A stretch of 64,000 nucleotides of DNA, from the NCBI GenBank assembly GCA_963729625.1, contig CAVSOU010000011.1, positions 448,001 through 512,000 on the forward strand, given 5' to 3'. A program made the translations under genes and the position numbers. The stretch is from an uncultured bacterium. GTDB lineage: Bacteria > Chloroflexota > UBA5177 > JANWHV01. Below are positions 49,971 to 61,989 of the stretch, one piece after another. How positions within the stretch are numbered: position 1 is the stretch's first letter; each line of letters opens with the position of its first letter. Below the pieces are notes generated by a model. That model was given only the letters and a program-made list of their open reading frames with translations, was not told where the DNA came from and did no database searches.

Positions 49971-50849
49971 ATGAACACGCAGGCAGGTGCGAGCGATCTA
50001 CCCGAGCACGCGCGCGAACGGCTCCAGACCATGTTGCCCGGCAGCACAGGCAAGCGATTCTTCACCAGCGATCTCACCGTGAGCGAGTTTCTGTTAGTGA
50101 AAGAGGCCGGTTTCGATCCCCTCGGCTTGGTGGTCGGCACGAGCATCTATCATATAGGACTGCAGGTCGCCCGGCTCCAGGCCAACATGGAGATGGACGT
50201 ACTTACCCAGGCCATGTACCACGCTCGCGAGCTGGCGATGCGGCGCATGGAGGAGGAAGCAGACGTCCTGGGGGCAGATGGTATCGTTGGCGTCAGGTTA
50301 CTTGTGGGCCAGTACAATTGGGCGTCGAATCTCGCCGAGTTCAAGGCTATCGGCACAGCGATCAAGTCCAAGGATGGTGTTGGTCGGCGGACCAACGCGG
50401 GAAAGCCGTTCACGTCGGACCTGTCTGGCCAGGATTTCTGGACGCTGCTGCGCTCGGGCTACCGACCTCTCGCCCTGGTGTTCGGCACGTGCGTGTATCA
50501 CGTGGCTCACCAGACCTTCGGCCAGTTCTTCAAGACAATGGGACGCAACACGGAGATGCCCAACTTCACGCAAGCGCTTTACGATGCACGTGAACTGGCG
50601 ATGGAGCGAATGCAGCACGAGGCGGTGAACATCGGCGCCGAGGGCATCGTCGGCGCGAATATATACGAGAGCACGCACAGCTGGAACAGTCACGTTATCG
50701 AGTTTCTAGCCGTCGGCACGGCCATCGTGAGCACGGCCGAAGACCACCGCATCCAGACACCGCAGCTCACCATGTCCCTCAACGCGGACCAGCATCCGCC
50801 GTCGGTCCTGCACTCGGGACCGTTGCCGGTCATGGCAACCGCTCGATAA
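49971..50849 (+). CDS. duplicated YbjQ/UPF0145 heavy-metal-binding domain protein
   Basis: Two internal copies of FTSDL..G..PL.LV.G..Y.ARELAM.RM..EA...GA.GIVG..EF.A.GTAI. Confidence 0.82.
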   Translation: MNTQAGASDLPEHARERLQTMLPGSTGKRFFTSDLTVSEFLLVKEAGFDPLGLVVGTSIYHIGLQVARLQANMEMDVLTQAMYHARELAMRRMEEEADVLGADGIVGVRLLVGQYNWASNLAEFKAIGTAIKSKDGVGRRTNAGKPFTSDLSGQDFWTLLRSGYRPLALVFGTCVYHVAHQTFGQFFKTMGRNTEMPNFTQALYDARELAMERMQHEAVNIGAEGIVGANIYESTHSWNSHVIEFLAVGTAIVSTAEDHRIQTPQLTMSLNADQHPPSVLHSGPLPVMATAR

Positions 50850-51050
50850 CCGGCAGGCAGCCGTTGGAGATCCCCCGGATCGATCCGGATGGCAGTGAGG
50901 AAAGACCGGACGAATCCGGGGGCGACGGGCACGAGCAGCTCGAACATGAAGGCCACAGTCGTCGCCCAGCTGGTCAATCTGCAAAAGGAACTCGGCGACG
51001 CGCCGGCATGAGCGCCCCGGGAACCCGGGGTCTCGGAGGTGTCAATGCGG

Positions 51051-52325
51051 CTACCGGCGCCAGAAGCGCCTGCCTCCGGCAAGCGACACCTTGCGGTGCG
51101 GGGGCACGTCCTCGACTTCGACGCTGGGATCACCCGCGAGGAAAGAGGCCAGATCGCGGATGTTCTGGCTGAGAGGAGCGTCGGGACTGCTGAGCATAAA
51201 CGGTATACCCTCGGTCGCCGCCGCGGTTGCACGCCGGCCGTCACTTACCACGCGCCAGCGAAGCTCCCGCTTGAGGAACGTCTCGATGTCCGCGATGTAG
51301 CCCGGCTCCACACTATCCGAACGCATGAGCACCGGGATGATTTGCTCCTCCTTGTAGTGCAGCAGACTCGCCACCCGCAGAAATGCATAGAGGTTCTTGA
51401 TCGCCGGCATATCCGGTCCGAAGGGCACGAGAATGGTATCCGCCATTTCGAGCGCGGCCAACACGCGATCGTCGAATCCGGGCCACGTGTCCACGACGGT
51501 GTACGTAAACTGCCGGCGCAGCATTGCCAGGATATGTCTGACGTGCTCGACGCGGATGCGGTCACCCTCTTCCGGCTGGAGGGGCGCCAGAAGCACGCTC
51601 AGACCGGAGCGGTGTCGTACAAGTGTCTCGGCAATGACCTCTGCGGTAATCTCGTGCGCTGGAGCGGCAAGCTCCAGCATCGTGCGCCCAGGAGGCAAGC
51701 TGAGAAACACGTCATGGCTACCGAAGCTGATGTTGCCGTCGACAAGCGATGTCGCGTGCTTGGCAACCTGCAGGGCGATGGCGAGATTCACGGCAAGCGT
51801 TGATGAGCCGACCCCGCCTTTGGGGCTGAAAACGACGATGATGTGATGTGACTTGCCGGTGTCTCCGGCAATTGGCGTGTCGTCCAGCTCGGTGGACTGG
51901 TCGCTCTGCAACCGTGACAGCGCGTCAAGCGAGCCGAGCAGCCCGTCCAGCTCCTGGCGCACCGCGACAACTTCCTCAAGCAAATCGGCAATGGAGAAGG
52001 GAAACGGGAGCAGTCGCCGAACGCCCGCGGCCATCGCTGCCGCCAGAGCGTCAGCGCTGAACGCCACGGAGTATGCGAGGACCGCTGCCCGCGGATAGAG
52101 CTCCTGAATGCGTCTGGCATACGCGAGGCGGACCGGCAGGTCGCCGTCCAGTCCAACCAAGAGCGCATCCGGGCCCGACCACCCGGGCATCGCGACGAGC
52201 GGTCGATCACCGGTGACCACGTACAGTGATACCGCGCTGCCGGCTACAGCGTCGTGGAGCTGCGCCGCAACCTGATCATCGCTTTCTACGGCGAAGACTT
52301 CAATAGGGGTCGCATCCGTCGTCAT
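51051..52325 (-). CDS. CpaE/TadZ-like protein (atypical receiver domain plus MinD-like ATPase)
   Basis: Degenerate REC domain (AMAAGVRRLLPFPF), FSPKGGVGSSTLAVNLA and TVVDT. Confidence 0.75.
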   Translation of the reverse strand: MTTDATPIEVFAVESDDQVAAQLHDAVAGSAVSLYVVTGDRPLVAMPGWSGPDALLVGLDGDLPVRLAYARRIQELYPRAAVLAYSVAFSADALAAAMAAGVRRLLPFPFSIADLLEEVVAVRQELDGLLGSLDALSRLQSDQSTELDDTPIAGDTGKSHHIIVVFSPKGGVGSSTLAVNLAIALQVAKHATSLVDGNISFGSHDVFLSLPPGRTMLELAAPAHEITAEVIAETLVRHRSGLSVLLAPLQPEEGDRIRVEHVRHILAMLRRQFTYTVVDTWPGFDDRVLAALEMADTILVPFGPDMPAIKNLYAFLRVASLLHYKEEQIIPVLMRSDSVEPGYIADIETFLKRELRWRVVSDGRRATAAATEGIPFMLSSPDAPLSQNIRDLASFLAGDPSVEVEDVPPHRKVSLAGGRRFWRR

Positions 52326-52708
52326 GGATCTTCAGTGACACCCCCAACCATCGACTGACCAACTGTATGTGCCAGGGCAATGCCACGCCATGCGTGCCAC
52401 GTATGCCCCGGGTCTGGCAGGCGAGCTCATACATCGATGCGGGCGCCGTCACACACAGTGTGTCAGATGCACGTTTCGATTTGCTCACATGCATTGTAGG
52501 GCACCTTCTGGGTTGAGCAAGAGCCTCGAGGGATAACGGCGCCCTACTGTGCGCTCGTCGATGGCCCAACCGCCTGACCTGGAGCCTCCGTTGGTGCATC
52601 GCCTCCTCCGCGACCTGTCTGTGGCGGGGTCGCCGGCAGAATCAGGCGGCTGGGAAGCTCTGCGGCGCTGCTTGAAAACCCGTAGCACAGCGATGATCCT
52701 CAACGCGA

Positions 52709-52743
52709 CAGGGCGCCGGCGGTATCGAGCCGCCGGCGCCCTG
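52709..52743. terminator. GC-rich hairpin downstream of the secreted repeat protein
   Basis: 14-bp perfect stem CAGGGCGCCGGCGG/CCGCCGGCGCCCTG with a 7-nt loop; no clear U-tract. Confidence 0.5.
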
Positions 52744-52766
52744 CCAAGCCCTGGAAGAGCGCGGAC

Positions 52767-54491
52767 TTACATCAGCGTAATATGCATCGTGGGATCCACG
52801 CGATGCTCGTCACGGTCGTAGTAGGCCCACACGAGGACAGTTTGTCCCGGATTGAGCGACGTCACATCATGGCTCGTTTGGTTGTGGCGAAGGTAAATAA
52901 TCGTGCTCGGCTGTACGAAGACGGTCAGGGTCGTGCCAGTCCTGAACGGATTGTTGCGGTCGTTGAATCTCACGGTCCGCACCGCCAGGAACTCAGGCGA
53001 CGACGTGAAGTTGATGAACGTGATCTTGGCCTTGAATCGGACCTGCACCAGGTTTGCCAGCGAGGCATCCTTGATCCACGTCGCGGTGAACTGTGCGTTC
53101 ACGAACGTGCCTCTGATCTCCAGCCTGTTGTTCGAGTGCAGATAGCTGACCGGGATCGTGTTGCCGTTGTTACGAACAATCACCGTGCTGGGCGTTACGT
53201 AGACCGGAAGCTGGCCGGGCCGGCACGGACTGGTCATGGCAAGGTTCGGTGAGAGTCCGCCGGTGAACCGAGCCGACTTGATGCACAGCAGGGTCGGAGG
53301 CGTGTTTGGATTCGCCGGAGCGTTGAGCAACCCGGCGAGAGCGATAAGCCCGCTCACCGGTGCCGCAGTGGCGGTCGCCGTCGGCACCGGGGTCGCGGTC
53401 GGCCCAGCGCCGAGCGCGCTGCCCGTCGTGATCCACGAGATATATTCAAACGCGTTGAGCGCGCTGTTGTACAGGCCCTGCGTGGTTACGACAGAACCCG
53501 GACCAATGCCGCCGACGGGATAACCGGAGGTCGCGGCGCCGTTGATGTTGACGGCGGTGCAGGGCGCCTGTGTGTTCGACGGAGCGGTGCAGAACACGGT
53601 GCCGGCGTTGGTCAGGGGCAACGTGAACTGCCCGTTGCTGGGAACCGGAGAATGACTCGAGTTCAGGCTGGTGACCATCACGCTCAGAACCGTCAACGGC
53701 GAACCAACGGCGACGCTCTGCACCGAGCCGGTGAACTGGGTATAGGTCAGGTGCAGCGAATGATCGTCGAGGCTGGCGGCAGTGAACTGCGCGTTGACAA
53801 AACTGCCATGAACTTCCAGCGAATCGCCGGCTCGGAGCTCGAACAGGGCCGAGACACTGTCGTCATTGCGCGTCAGCTTTGTGGTGGGCGTGATGTACAC
53901 CGGCAGCAGGCCGGGCGCGCACGGACTGACCAGAGAGACATTGGGAGTGATACCGCCCACTACCTGTGCCTTGGCGAGGCAGAGCAGAGTCGGGGGCGTC
54001 AACTGGTCGGGCGCCGCGAAAAGTGTTCCCGTCACGTCGAGCTGCGATAGCACCTGCGTTGGCGAGCTAGTCGGGGTCGCGCTGACCGTCACGGTTGGCG
54101 TGGGGACAACGACCGTACCGGTCGCGGTTGCGGTCGGAAGCGGCAAGAGCGACAGATCCTGAATGACGCTGGCGGTGATACCGCCGTTCCTATCGACTAC
54201 GCCTGTGACCTTGAGCGAGTCGTTATCATGCAGGTCCGTCAGATTCGCCGGCGATCCATCTTGTCGCTCAATTTGCGTGCTCACGGAGATCCAGACGGGA
54301 GCTGTCTCGCTGCCCTCCTGAATAAACAGGGACGTCGGTGCAGTTGGCTGCGGCATCGCCACCATCGTGGCCGTGATCGTAATGTTCGCGAGTTGCGCTG
54401 CCGAGACATGAGATGCCGATGGCAGAAGTGGCACTGCTGCGAAAAGCAATGGAGCAAACGCAAGTCCCGTAAGTAACCGCTTGGCGTTCAT
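52767..54491 (-). CDS. secreted protein with repeated DUF5666-like OB/beta units and PT-rich linkers
   Basis: Signal peptide; repeated V(Y/W)(I/V)xxxT..R....L..(G/N)(D/N).L.(V/I).G....TA units; two copies of PPTLLC..SPC.PG.LPVY. Confidence 0.7.
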   Translation of the reverse strand: MNAKRLLTGLAFAPLLFAAVPLLPSASHVSAAQLANITITATMVAMPQPTAPTSLFIQEGSETAPVWISVSTQIERQDGSPANLTDLHDNDSLKVTGVVDRNGGITASVIQDLSLLPLPTATATGTVVVPTPTVTVSATPTSSPTQVLSQLDVTGTLFAAPDQLTPPTLLCLAKAQVVGGITPNVSLVSPCAPGLLPVYITPTTKLTRNDDSVSALFELRAGDSLEVHGSFVNAQFTAASLDDHSLHLTYTQFTGSVQSVAVGSPLTVLSVMVTSLNSSHSPVPSNGQFTLPLTNAGTVFCTAPSNTQAPCTAVNINGAATSGYPVGGIGPGSVVTTQGLYNSALNAFEYISWITTGSALGAGPTATPVPTATATAAPVSGLIALAGLLNAPANPNTPPTLLCIKSARFTGGLSPNLAMTSPCRPGQLPVYVTPSTVIVRNNGNTIPVSYLHSNNRLEIRGTFVNAQFTATWIKDASLANLVQVRFKAKITFINFTSSPEFLAVRTVRFNDRNNPFRTGTTLTVFVQPSTIIYLRHNQTSHDVTSLNPGQTVLVWAYYDRDEHRVDPTMHITLM

Positions 54492-54997
54492 GTGACCTCC
54501 TGGTGAAGCAAACTAACTGTGAAACAGAGATCCATCATTTGGCCGAATGATTAACCCCAAGGCTTTTACCAAGGCGCCTCACTGGCGGACCGCCAGGGCG
54601 CTCGATACCTCAAGTACCACAGTAGGATGCGCGTGTTGTCGTGGTGTTGTGTAGATGTAAACAGTCTGTTAACGGCAGGAAAGCACGGCATAGCAGGCGC
54701 GGGCGGGCTGCTGCCGTGCGGCTTGAGGCTGGTGACGGCAGGAAGCCCGCCCACGTCGCTCCACCCAGCGCCCGAATACGTACCCTCGACCACCGCATAG
54801 TCAGGACAGCGTGTCGCGGCGCCCGGGTGCCCCACCTGTCATCCAACCGTCATGTTGCAATCACATGGCTGTCATGCGTTGAACCTACGATCGCAGTGAT
54901 ATGTGGTTGCAGCCCAGGCAAGAGCTGTCTCTTGCGGCAATGAAGAAGGTGGTTAGCCCCTTCACGGCTGCGCTTCACACTGCATGGAGGCATTTCC

Positions 54998-57900
54998 TTG
55001 AAGGGAAAAACTGTTCGTGTTGCCGTGTTGGCGGCGTTGCTCCCCACCACAGGCTTGACGCTCGCATTCTCGTTGCCAGGCATCAGTACTCCACCAACAC
55101 TTGACGGTCGTGTTGTACTGGTCTCAAGAGGCACCATTACCACCACGCTGACGCCGTCCGGTCAGGCCGCAAACGTGACGACCTACTCGTTGAATTTCTC
55201 GGCCTCGGGCACGGTCAAGTCAGTCAACGTCGTACCGGGTCAGTCGGTCAAGAAAGGCCAGGTTCTTGCTTCAATTGACGATCCATCGTTGCAGCTATCG
55301 CTGATCAGCGATCGGAACGCGCTGAACAATGCTCAGCTGGCTCTGGCAAAGCAACTCGCTCCCCCGAATCCGAACTCACTTGTCCAGTCCCAAGCGTCGC
55401 TCGATCAGGCTCAATCCAAGCTGGCCGCTATGAAGGCAGGCGGCACCGCCGCCTCCATCGCGCAGGCCCGCGCCAACGTGGACTCCGCCAAAGCCAAGCT
55501 CGTGGCGCTGCAATCGGGCACGGCCTCCGCGATCATCTCTGCACAGGCCAGTCTTGATTCCGTTCAACAGAAGCTGGCCGCGATGGAAGCCGGAGGCACC
55601 GCCTCCAGCATCGCCCAGGCGGAAACGACGCTTGCTACGGCCCAGGCCAAGCTGGCAGCCATGCAGACCGGCGGTACGTCCGCGAGCGTCACGCAGGCGC
55701 GTCAAGCGCTCGACGAAGCCAAGACGAAGCTTGCGGTGATGAAGAAAGGCGGCACCCCCGCCAGCATCGCCCAGGCCCGGTCGTCCCTCGAACAGGCCCA
55801 GCTCAAGCTTGCCACAATGAAGAAGGGTGGTACGCCTGTCAGCATTGCGCAGGCCAGGGCTGCACTCGACCAGGCGCAGCTCAAGCTGGCGACTATGGAG
55901 AAGGGTGGCACGTCGACCAGCGTCACCCAGGCCAGGGCTGCGCTCGATCAGGCCCAGCTCAAGCTGGCCACGATGCTCAAGGGCGGTACCGCGGCAAGCA
56001 TCGCCCAGGCCAAGTCATCGCTCGACCAAGCCCAGCTCAAGCTGGCCACGATGCTCAAGGGCGGTACCGCGACCAGCATCGCCCAGGCCAGAGCTTCGCT
56101 CAACCAGGCGCAGCTCAAGCTGGCCACGATGCTCAAGGGCGGTACCGCGACCAGCATAACCCAGGCCAAAGCATCGCTCGATCAGGCGCAGCTCAAGCTG
56201 GCCACGATGCTCAAGGGCGGTACCACGACCAGCGTAGCCCAGGCCAAAGCATCGCTCGACCAGGCACAGCTCAAGCTGGCCACGATGCTCAAGGGCGGTA
56301 CCACGACCAGCATCGCCCAGGCCAGGGCGTCACTCGACCAGGCACAGCTCAAGCTGGCGACCATGAAACAGGGCGGTACCCCGGCCAGCATTGCCCAAGC
56401 CAAGGCATCGCTCGAACAGGCCCAGATCAAGCTGGCGACCATGAAGAAGGGCGGAACGCCGGCCAGCATTGCCCAGGCCAAGGCATCGCTCGAACAGGCC
56501 CAGATCAAGCTGGCGACCATGAAGAAGGGCGGCACCCCCGCCAGTATTGCCCAGGCCAAGGCATCGCTCGAACAAGCGCAGATCAAGCTGGCTTCCATGA
56601 AGCAGGGCGGCACCCCCGCCAGCATCGCCCAGGCCAAGGCATCGTTGCAACAGGCGCAGATCAAGCTCAACGTCATGCAGACGCCTCCTGATCCGCACAC
56701 CGTCGTAGCGGCAAAGGCCAACCTGGACTCAGCGATCCTGAAGCTGACGGCCCTCCAGGCTCCGCCGAACCCGCAGACCGTCGCCCAGGCACAGGCCAGC
56801 CTGGACTCCGCCAAGCAGAAGCTCATCGCCCTGCAAGCCGCTCCTGACCAGAACACCCTTGCTCAGCTTCAGGCGAGCCTGGACTCCGCCAAGCAGAAGC
56901 TCATTGCCCTGCAAGCGCCCGTCAATGCAAACACTCTGGCCTCCGCCCAGGCGAGCCTCGATAGCGCAAAGCAGAACCTGGCCGCGCTCTCCAACGCCGC
57001 GTCGTCGGCAACCGTCGCCTCCGACCAGGCAGGAGTGACACAGGCTCAGAACAATCTGAGCAGCGCGACGACTCCATCAGCTGCGTCGCTCGCCCAGGCG
57101 AATGCAACCCTTCTCGCGGCTCGAAATAAGCTGCAAGTGGATCAGGTCGCTCTATCGCTTCTCGTGCCACCCAACACAAGCGCCATCACCAATCCCACCG
57201 CGCTGCAGACCGCGACGAATACGTATCTGCAAAACCAAGCGCAGGATGAGGCGAATATCGCGAACGACGAGGCCAGCGTCGCGAGTGCGACGGCAGCGTA
57301 TACCGCGCTGACCAACCCGAGCGCCGGCGCGCTGACCCTGGCCCAGCAGCAGTTGACCGCCGCCCAGGCCAAGCTGGCAGCCGACCAGCAGCCAACGCCA
57401 AGCTCGACGGACCTGGCAAAAGCGCAGGACGCCGTCACCCAAGCCCAGGCGTCGCTCGCCAACACGCAGGCCGGCACCACGACGCCGTCCGATATTGCCT
57501 CCGCGCAGGATGCCATCACCTCCGCGCAGGCCTCGCTCAACGCGGCGACCGCCCCGCCGAAGGCTACGGACCTGGCCACGGCTCAGGACGCTCTTGTTTC
57601 CGCGGAGGCCTCGCTCACGACTGCGACGGCACCGCCGGCAGCTACCGACATCGCCTCCGCCCGGGACGCGATCAACTCCGCGAACGCCGCGGTGTATACG
57701 GCGGAGCATCCATACACTGCGCAAGACATCGCGACACAGCAGTCCACGGTGACAAGCGCCGAGGCAGCATACAAGAACGCCCTGCAACCCAACTCGGCGT
57801 CGGATATCGCCACACAGGAACAAGCGGTCAAGACCGCGCAGGTGGCCTATCAGAATGCGCTGCAGCCTAACTCCGCGTCGGACATCGCCACGCAAGAGCA

Positions 57901-59794
57901 AGCGGTCAAGAGCGCGCAAGTAGCCTATCAGAATGCGCTGCAGCCTAACTCGGCGTCGGACATCGCCACGCAAGAGCAAGCGGTCAAGAGCGCGCAAGTA
58001 GCCTATCAGAATGCGCTGCAGCCTAACTCGGCGTCGGACATCGCCTCGCAGGAGCAGGCCGTAGCCGGCGCCAAGGCTGCCTACCAAAACGCCCTGCAGC
58101 CCAACTCTCCGTCCGACATTGCCACCCAGGAGCAGGCCGTGGCCAGCGCCAAGGCCGCCTACCAGAATGCTTTACAGCCTAACTCGGCGTCGGACATCGC
58201 CACCCAAGAGCAAGCGGTCAAGAGCGCGCAGGCCGGCTACCAGAATGCCCTGCAGCCCAACTCGCCATCCGACATCGCCACGCAGGAACAAGCCGTGGCC
58301 AGCGCCAAGGCCGCCTACCAGAATGCCCAGCAGCCTAACTCGCCATCCGACATCGCCACGCAGGAGCAAGTGGTAGCCAGCGCCAAGGCCGCCTACCAGA
58401 ACGCCTCGCAGCCCAACGCAGCGTCGGACATCGCCACACAGGAGCAAGCGGTCAAGAGTGCGCAGGCCGCCTATCAGAATGCGCTGCAACCCAACTCGCC
58501 TTCCGACATCGCCACGCAAGAGCAAGCGGTCAAGAGCGCGCAAGCCGCCTATCAGAACGCCCTGCAGCCCAACTCGGCGTCGGATATCGCCACGCAGGAA
58601 CAGGCCGTGGCCAGCGCGCAAGCCGCCTATCAGAACGCCCTGCAGCCCAATGCGGCCTCCGACATTCGACAGGCGCAGGACGCGGTAACCAGCGCGGAGG
58701 CGGCGTTGGCATCTGCCAAGCAGCCGAACTCTGCCTCGGACATTACCCAGCAGAAGCTCGCAGTACAGAGTGCGCAGGCGGCCTTGGCTGCAGCCAGGCA
58801 ACCGAACACCACATCGGATATCCAGCAAGCGCGAGATTCGGTCACCTCGCAGCAACAGGCGCTCATCACTGCCCAGCATCCCGGCACCGCGACGGATATT
58901 CAGCAAGCTCAGGATTCGTTGATCAGCGCGCAGGCAGCGCTCGACTCGGCCGTCCAACCGAACACCGCGCAGGATATTGCCCAGCAACAAGATGCCGTGA
59001 AGAGCGCGCAGGCGGCGCTGCAGCTGGCGCTTCATCCCTACACCGCGCAAGACATCGCCATCTCGCAGGCGAGCGTCACGGAGGCGCAGCAGTCATTGAA
59101 GGCTGACCAAGCGCTGTTCGCCAGTGAAACGGATATCGTGGCGCCGAGCGCCGGGGTGGTCCAGGTGGTGAACCTTTCGCCCGGACAGGCGTCGTCCAGC
59201 GCCAGCAGTAGCAGTAGCAGCACCAGCACCAGCACCGCGGCCATCCAGATGGCCGATACCAAGGGTCTTGTGGTGACGGCAAGCATCCCTGAAGCCCAGA
59301 TTGGCAGCATACAGCTTGGCGATCCGGTGGCGATGGTCTTCAACGCGTTCCCCAACAGAACGCTCGTCGGCATCGTCAACAGCCTGCCCTTCCAGGCGAC
59401 CACCACGTCGAACGTTACCACCTACCCGATCAAGGTTTCTCTGACGGGGAACCTCAAAGGCATTACGGCCGGCATGACCGCGAACATGACCATTGTCACG
59501 GCGGAGGTGACCAACACGATCGAGGTGCCCACCGCGGCGATTGTCGGCACCGGCACCCGCAGCTTTGTCCGCACACTCGATAAGACGAATAACGAGGTGA
59601 TAACGCCCGTCCAGACGGGAATCAGCGACACAACCTTCACGCAAATCGTCAGCGGCTTGAACGTTGGCGACCGGATCGTCGTACCGACCACCAGCGGCTC
59701 CACCACGACGGGTACCGGCGCGGCCCGCGGCTTCGGTGGCGGCGGCGGCTTCGGCGGCGGAGGCTTCGGCGGCGCCGTACGGATTGGCGGCTAA
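54998..59794 (+). CDS. giant efflux membrane-fusion (periplasmic adaptor) protein with a repeat-expanded alpha-hairpin
   Basis: N-terminal anchor; lipoyl halves [28 protein letters not shown] and [18 protein letters not shown] flank about 1280 aa of helical repeats; C-terminal barrel/membrane-proximal motifs [14 protein letters not shown] and [18 protein letters not shown]; GGAGG RBS with a TTG start. Confidence 0.9.
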   Translation: MKGKTVRVAVLAALLPTTGLTLAFSLPGISTPPTLDGRVVLVSRGTITTTLTPSGQAANVTTYSLNFSASGTVKSVNVVPGQSVKKGQVLASIDDPSLQLSLISDRNALNNAQLALAKQLAPPNPNSLVQSQASLDQAQSKLAAMKAGGTAASIAQARANVDSAKAKLVALQSGTASAIISAQASLDSVQQKLAAMEAGGTASSIAQAETTLATAQAKLAAMQTGGTSASVTQARQALDEAKTKLAVMKKGGTPASIAQARSSLEQAQLKLATMKKGGTPVSIAQARAALDQAQLKLATMEKGGTSTSVTQARAALDQAQLKLATMLKGGTAASIAQAKSSLDQAQLKLATMLKGGTATSIAQARASLNQAQLKLATMLKGGTATSITQAKASLDQAQLKLATMLKGGTTTSVAQAKASLDQAQLKLATMLKGGTTTSIAQARASLDQAQLKLATMKQGGTPASIAQAKASLEQAQIKLATMKKGGTPASIAQAKASLEQAQIKLATMKKGGTPASIAQAKASLEQAQIKLASMKQGGTPASIAQAKASLQQAQIKLNVMQTPPDPHTVVAAKANLDSAILKLTALQAPPNPQTVAQAQASLDSAKQKLIALQAAPDQNTLAQLQASLDSAKQKLIALQAPVNANTLASAQASLDSAKQNLAALSNAASSATVASDQAGVTQAQNNLSSATTPSAASLAQANATLLAARNKLQVDQVALSLLVPPNTSAITNPTALQTATNTYLQNQAQDEANIANDEASVASATAAYTALTNPSAGALTLAQQQLTAAQAKLAADQQPTPSSTDLAKAQDAVTQAQASLANTQAGTTTPSDIASAQDAITSAQASLNAATAPPKATDLATAQDALVSAEASLTTATAPPAATDIASARDAINSANAAVYTAEHPYTAQDIATQQSTVTSAEAAYKNALQPNSASDIATQEQAVKTAQVAYQNALQPNSASDIATQEQAVKSAQVAYQNALQPNSASDIATQEQAVKSAQVAYQNALQPNSASDIASQEQAVAGAKAAYQNALQPNSPSDIATQEQAVASAKAAYQNALQPNSASDIATQEQAVKSAQAGYQNALQPNSPSDIATQEQAVASAKAAYQNAQQPNSPSDIATQEQVVASAKAAYQNASQPNAASDIATQEQAVKSAQAAYQNALQPNSPSDIATQEQAVKSAQAAYQNALQPNSASDIATQEQAVASAQAAYQNALQPNAASDIRQAQDAVTSAEAALASAKQPNSASDITQQKLAVQSAQAALAAARQPNTTSDIQQARDSVTSQQQALITAQHPGTATDIQQAQDSLISAQAALDSAVQPNTAQDIAQQQDAVKSAQAALQLALHPYTAQDIAISQASVTEAQQSLKADQALFASETDIVAPSAGVVQVVNLSPGQASSSASSSSSSTSTSTAAIQMADTKGLVVTASIPEAQIGSIQLGDPVAMVFNAFPNRTLVGIVNSLPFQATTTSNVTTYPIKVSLTGNLKGITAGMTANMTIVTAEVTNTIEVPTAAIVGTGTRSFVRTLDKTNNEVITPVQTGISDTTFTQIVSGLNVGDRIVVPTTSGSTTTGTGAARGFGGGGGFGGGGFGGAVRIGG
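55748..56683 (+). repeat. 12 x 78-bp tandem repeat (26 aa, [26 protein letters not shown]), ascending hairpin limb
   Basis: Counted from the translation and checked on the DNA; more diverged units extend on both sides. Confidence 0.9.
57710..58645 (+). repeat. 12 x 78-bp tandem repeat (26 aa, [26 protein letters not shown]), descending hairpin limb
   Basis: Counted from the translation and checked on the DNA; five diverged units lie on each side. Confidence 0.9.
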
Positions 59795-60636
59795 TGGTCA
59801 TGCAACCGACGTCGCTTATCGAGATGCAGCAGATCACCAAGACGTACGTCATGGGCGATCAGGAGGTGCATGCGCTGCGCGGGATCGATCTCCGCATCGC
59901 CGAAGGGGAATTCGTGGCGATCATGGGAGCCTCGGGCAGCGGAAAATCCACCATGATGAATATCGTCGGCTGTCTGGACCGCCCATCTTCCGGCCAGTAC
60001 TACCTCGCGGGCAGGGAGGTGGCGACGCTCAGCGACGATGAACAGGCGCTCATGCGCAATCGTACCATCGGGTTCGTGTTCCAGTCGTTCAACCTGCTCA
60101 GGCGCACAAGCGCCCAGAAGAACGTGGAGCTACCACTCATCTACTCGGGCGTACCTGCCCGCGAGCGTGCGGAGCGCGCCAGGGCTGCCCTCGAGCAGGT
60201 CGGCCTTGGCGCCAGACTCGACCACCATCCTAGCCAGCTCTCGGGCGGGCAGCAGCAGCGCGTGGCGGTGGCAAGAGCGCTGGTAACGAACCCGGCGCTG
60301 ATCCTTGCCGACGAGCCTACCGGCAATCTGGACTCTCAGGTCAGTGCTGAAGTAATGAGTCTCTTTCAAAGACTGAATCTCCGCGGCCTGACGGTTGTGC
60401 TTGTCACGCACGAGAGCGACATCGCGGCCTACGCAAAACGCGTCGTTCGCATGCGCGACGGCCACGTGATGCACGACAGCCAGCCCGATGCCGCGAGAGT
60501 GCCCGAGAGTGCAGTCGCGCTGGGCGAATCCCTGCCGACTACTACGCCGTCGCCCGATGCTCCGGAAGCGCCGGCCGATTCCGGCATGCACCCGTTGCTC
60601 ACGCGTATCTCGCTCGATCGGGAGGGTCCGGCATGA
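59794..60636 (+). CDS. MacB/LolD-type ABC transporter ATP-binding protein
   Basis: [38 protein letters not shown] and VTHE; TAATG overlap with the adaptor gene. Confidence 0.93.
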   Translation: MVMQPTSLIEMQQITKTYVMGDQEVHALRGIDLRIAEGEFVAIMGASGSGKSTMMNIVGCLDRPSSGQYYLAGREVATLSDDEQALMRNRTIGFVFQSFNLLRRTSAQKNVELPLIYSGVPARERAERARAALEQVGLGARLDHHPSQLSGGQQQRVAVARALVTNPALILADEPTGNLDSQVSAEVMSLFQRLNLRGLTVVLVTHESDIAAYAKRVVRMRDGHVMHDSQPDAARVPESAVALGESLPTTTPSPDAPEAPADSGMHPLLTRISLDREGPA

Positions 60637-61967
60637 ACCCTGCAGGGCAAATCAGGCAGACGCAAAAGCCGTCGCGCAAGGCGCCTCGTATCACGTTCGT
60701 TGGTCAGGCCCTGTCGGTGCTGCACATCGCCACGACAGGCATATTCACAAACAAGGCCAGGACGGTTCTGACCCTGCTTGGCGTCATCATCGGCGTTGCG
60801 TCGGTCATCGTGGCCGTCGGCATCGGCAATGGCTCTGCCACACGGGTCAACAGTCAACTGAGTGCGCTTGGCACGAATCTCGTGCAGATACAGCCCGGAG
60901 GGACATTCTCCGGCGGCGTCCGCGGGGGCGCCGGCTCGGCCAGCACCCTGACCGTCTCCGACGCGCAGACCCTTGCCGACAGCTTGGGTTCGGGCGGCAC
61001 GTTGCCTGACGTGGCCATGGTGGCGCCGGAGTTCAACGTAAACGTGCAGATCGTGGCAGGAGCCCAGAACACGGGCACATCGGCGGACGGCGTATCGCCC
61101 GAATACCTTACGGTGCGCAACGCTCAGGTAGCAACGGGCCGTTTCGTCACCACGCAAGACTTGATGCAGCAGGCGCAGGTCGTCGACCTGGGAGCGACCG
61201 TGATCACCGATCTCGGTCTCGACGCGTCCAGCGCGGTTGGGTCGACGATCACGCTGAGCGGTGTACCGTTCACCGTCATCGGGACGATGGTCTCCAAAGG
61301 AGGCGGGGGAGGGCGCAACCAGGATGATACCGTGTACGTGCCGCTCACCACGGCCGAATACGTGTTGCCGCATTCGTCCGCATCCGGTTCCCTGTCCTCG
61401 ATCGATCTTGAAGCAACACAGCAAGACACCACGAACCAGGCATGGACCGAGGCCGAGTCGATGTTGCGCGGCCTTCACCACCTCCTGTCCTCTCAGAGCG
61501 ATGACTTCAGCGAATTCAACCAGACGACGATTCAGCAGACGGCGGCAGACGTGTCCGGAACGCTGACGACGTTGCTAGCCGGCGTGTCGGCTTGCTCGCT
61601 CCTGGTCGGCGGCATCGGGATCATGAACATCATGCTCGTCACCGTAACCGAGCGCACGCGTGAAATAGGGCTGAGAAAAGCGGTCGGTGCGAGGAAGATC
61701 GACATCCTGTCGCAATTCCTCGTCGAGGCAATCATGATCAGCGGGACCGGCGGCGCTATCGGAGTCGGTATCAGTTTCCTGGTGGCCTGGATGTTTAACA
61801 ATATCTCGACTCTCGCCACCGCGTTTGGAAACTCCGCACCGGTGATCAGTCCGAATTCGGTGATTCTGGCGTTTGGCGTGTCGCTGGCCATTGGTCTGTT
61901 CTTTGGCAGCTATCCCGCCAGCCGCGCCGCCGCACTCGATCCCATCCAGGCCTTACGTTACGAGTAG
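60633..61967 (+). CDS. MacB/FtsX-type ABC transporter permease
   Basis: [48 protein letters not shown] and [18 protein letters not shown]; ATGA overlap. Confidence 0.93.
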   Translation: MNPAGQIRQTQKPSRKAPRITFVGQALSVLHIATTGIFTNKARTVLTLLGVIIGVASVIVAVGIGNGSATRVNSQLSALGTNLVQIQPGGTFSGGVRGGAGSASTLTVSDAQTLADSLGSGGTLPDVAMVAPEFNVNVQIVAGAQNTGTSADGVSPEYLTVRNAQVATGRFVTTQDLMQQAQVVDLGATVITDLGLDASSAVGSTITLSGVPFTVIGTMVSKGGGGGRNQDDTVYVPLTTAEYVLPHSSASGSLSSIDLEATQQDTTNQAWTEAESMLRGLHHLLSSQSDDFSEFNQTTIQQTAADVSGTLTTLLAGVSACSLLVGGIGIMNIMLVTVTERTREIGLRKAVGARKIDILSQFLVEAIMISGTGGAIGVGISFLVAWMFNNISTLATAFGNSAPVISPNSVILAFGVSLAIGLFFGSYPASRAAALDPIQALRYE

Positions 61968-61989
61968 TCATCCTCTGGAGAAAGAAACG

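Noticed and set aside
55748-58645. 78-bp tandem arrays as a CRISPR or mobile-element repeat
   Set aside because: They are in frame within one CDS, vary largely at synonymous positions, have no unique spacers, and no cas genes are present.
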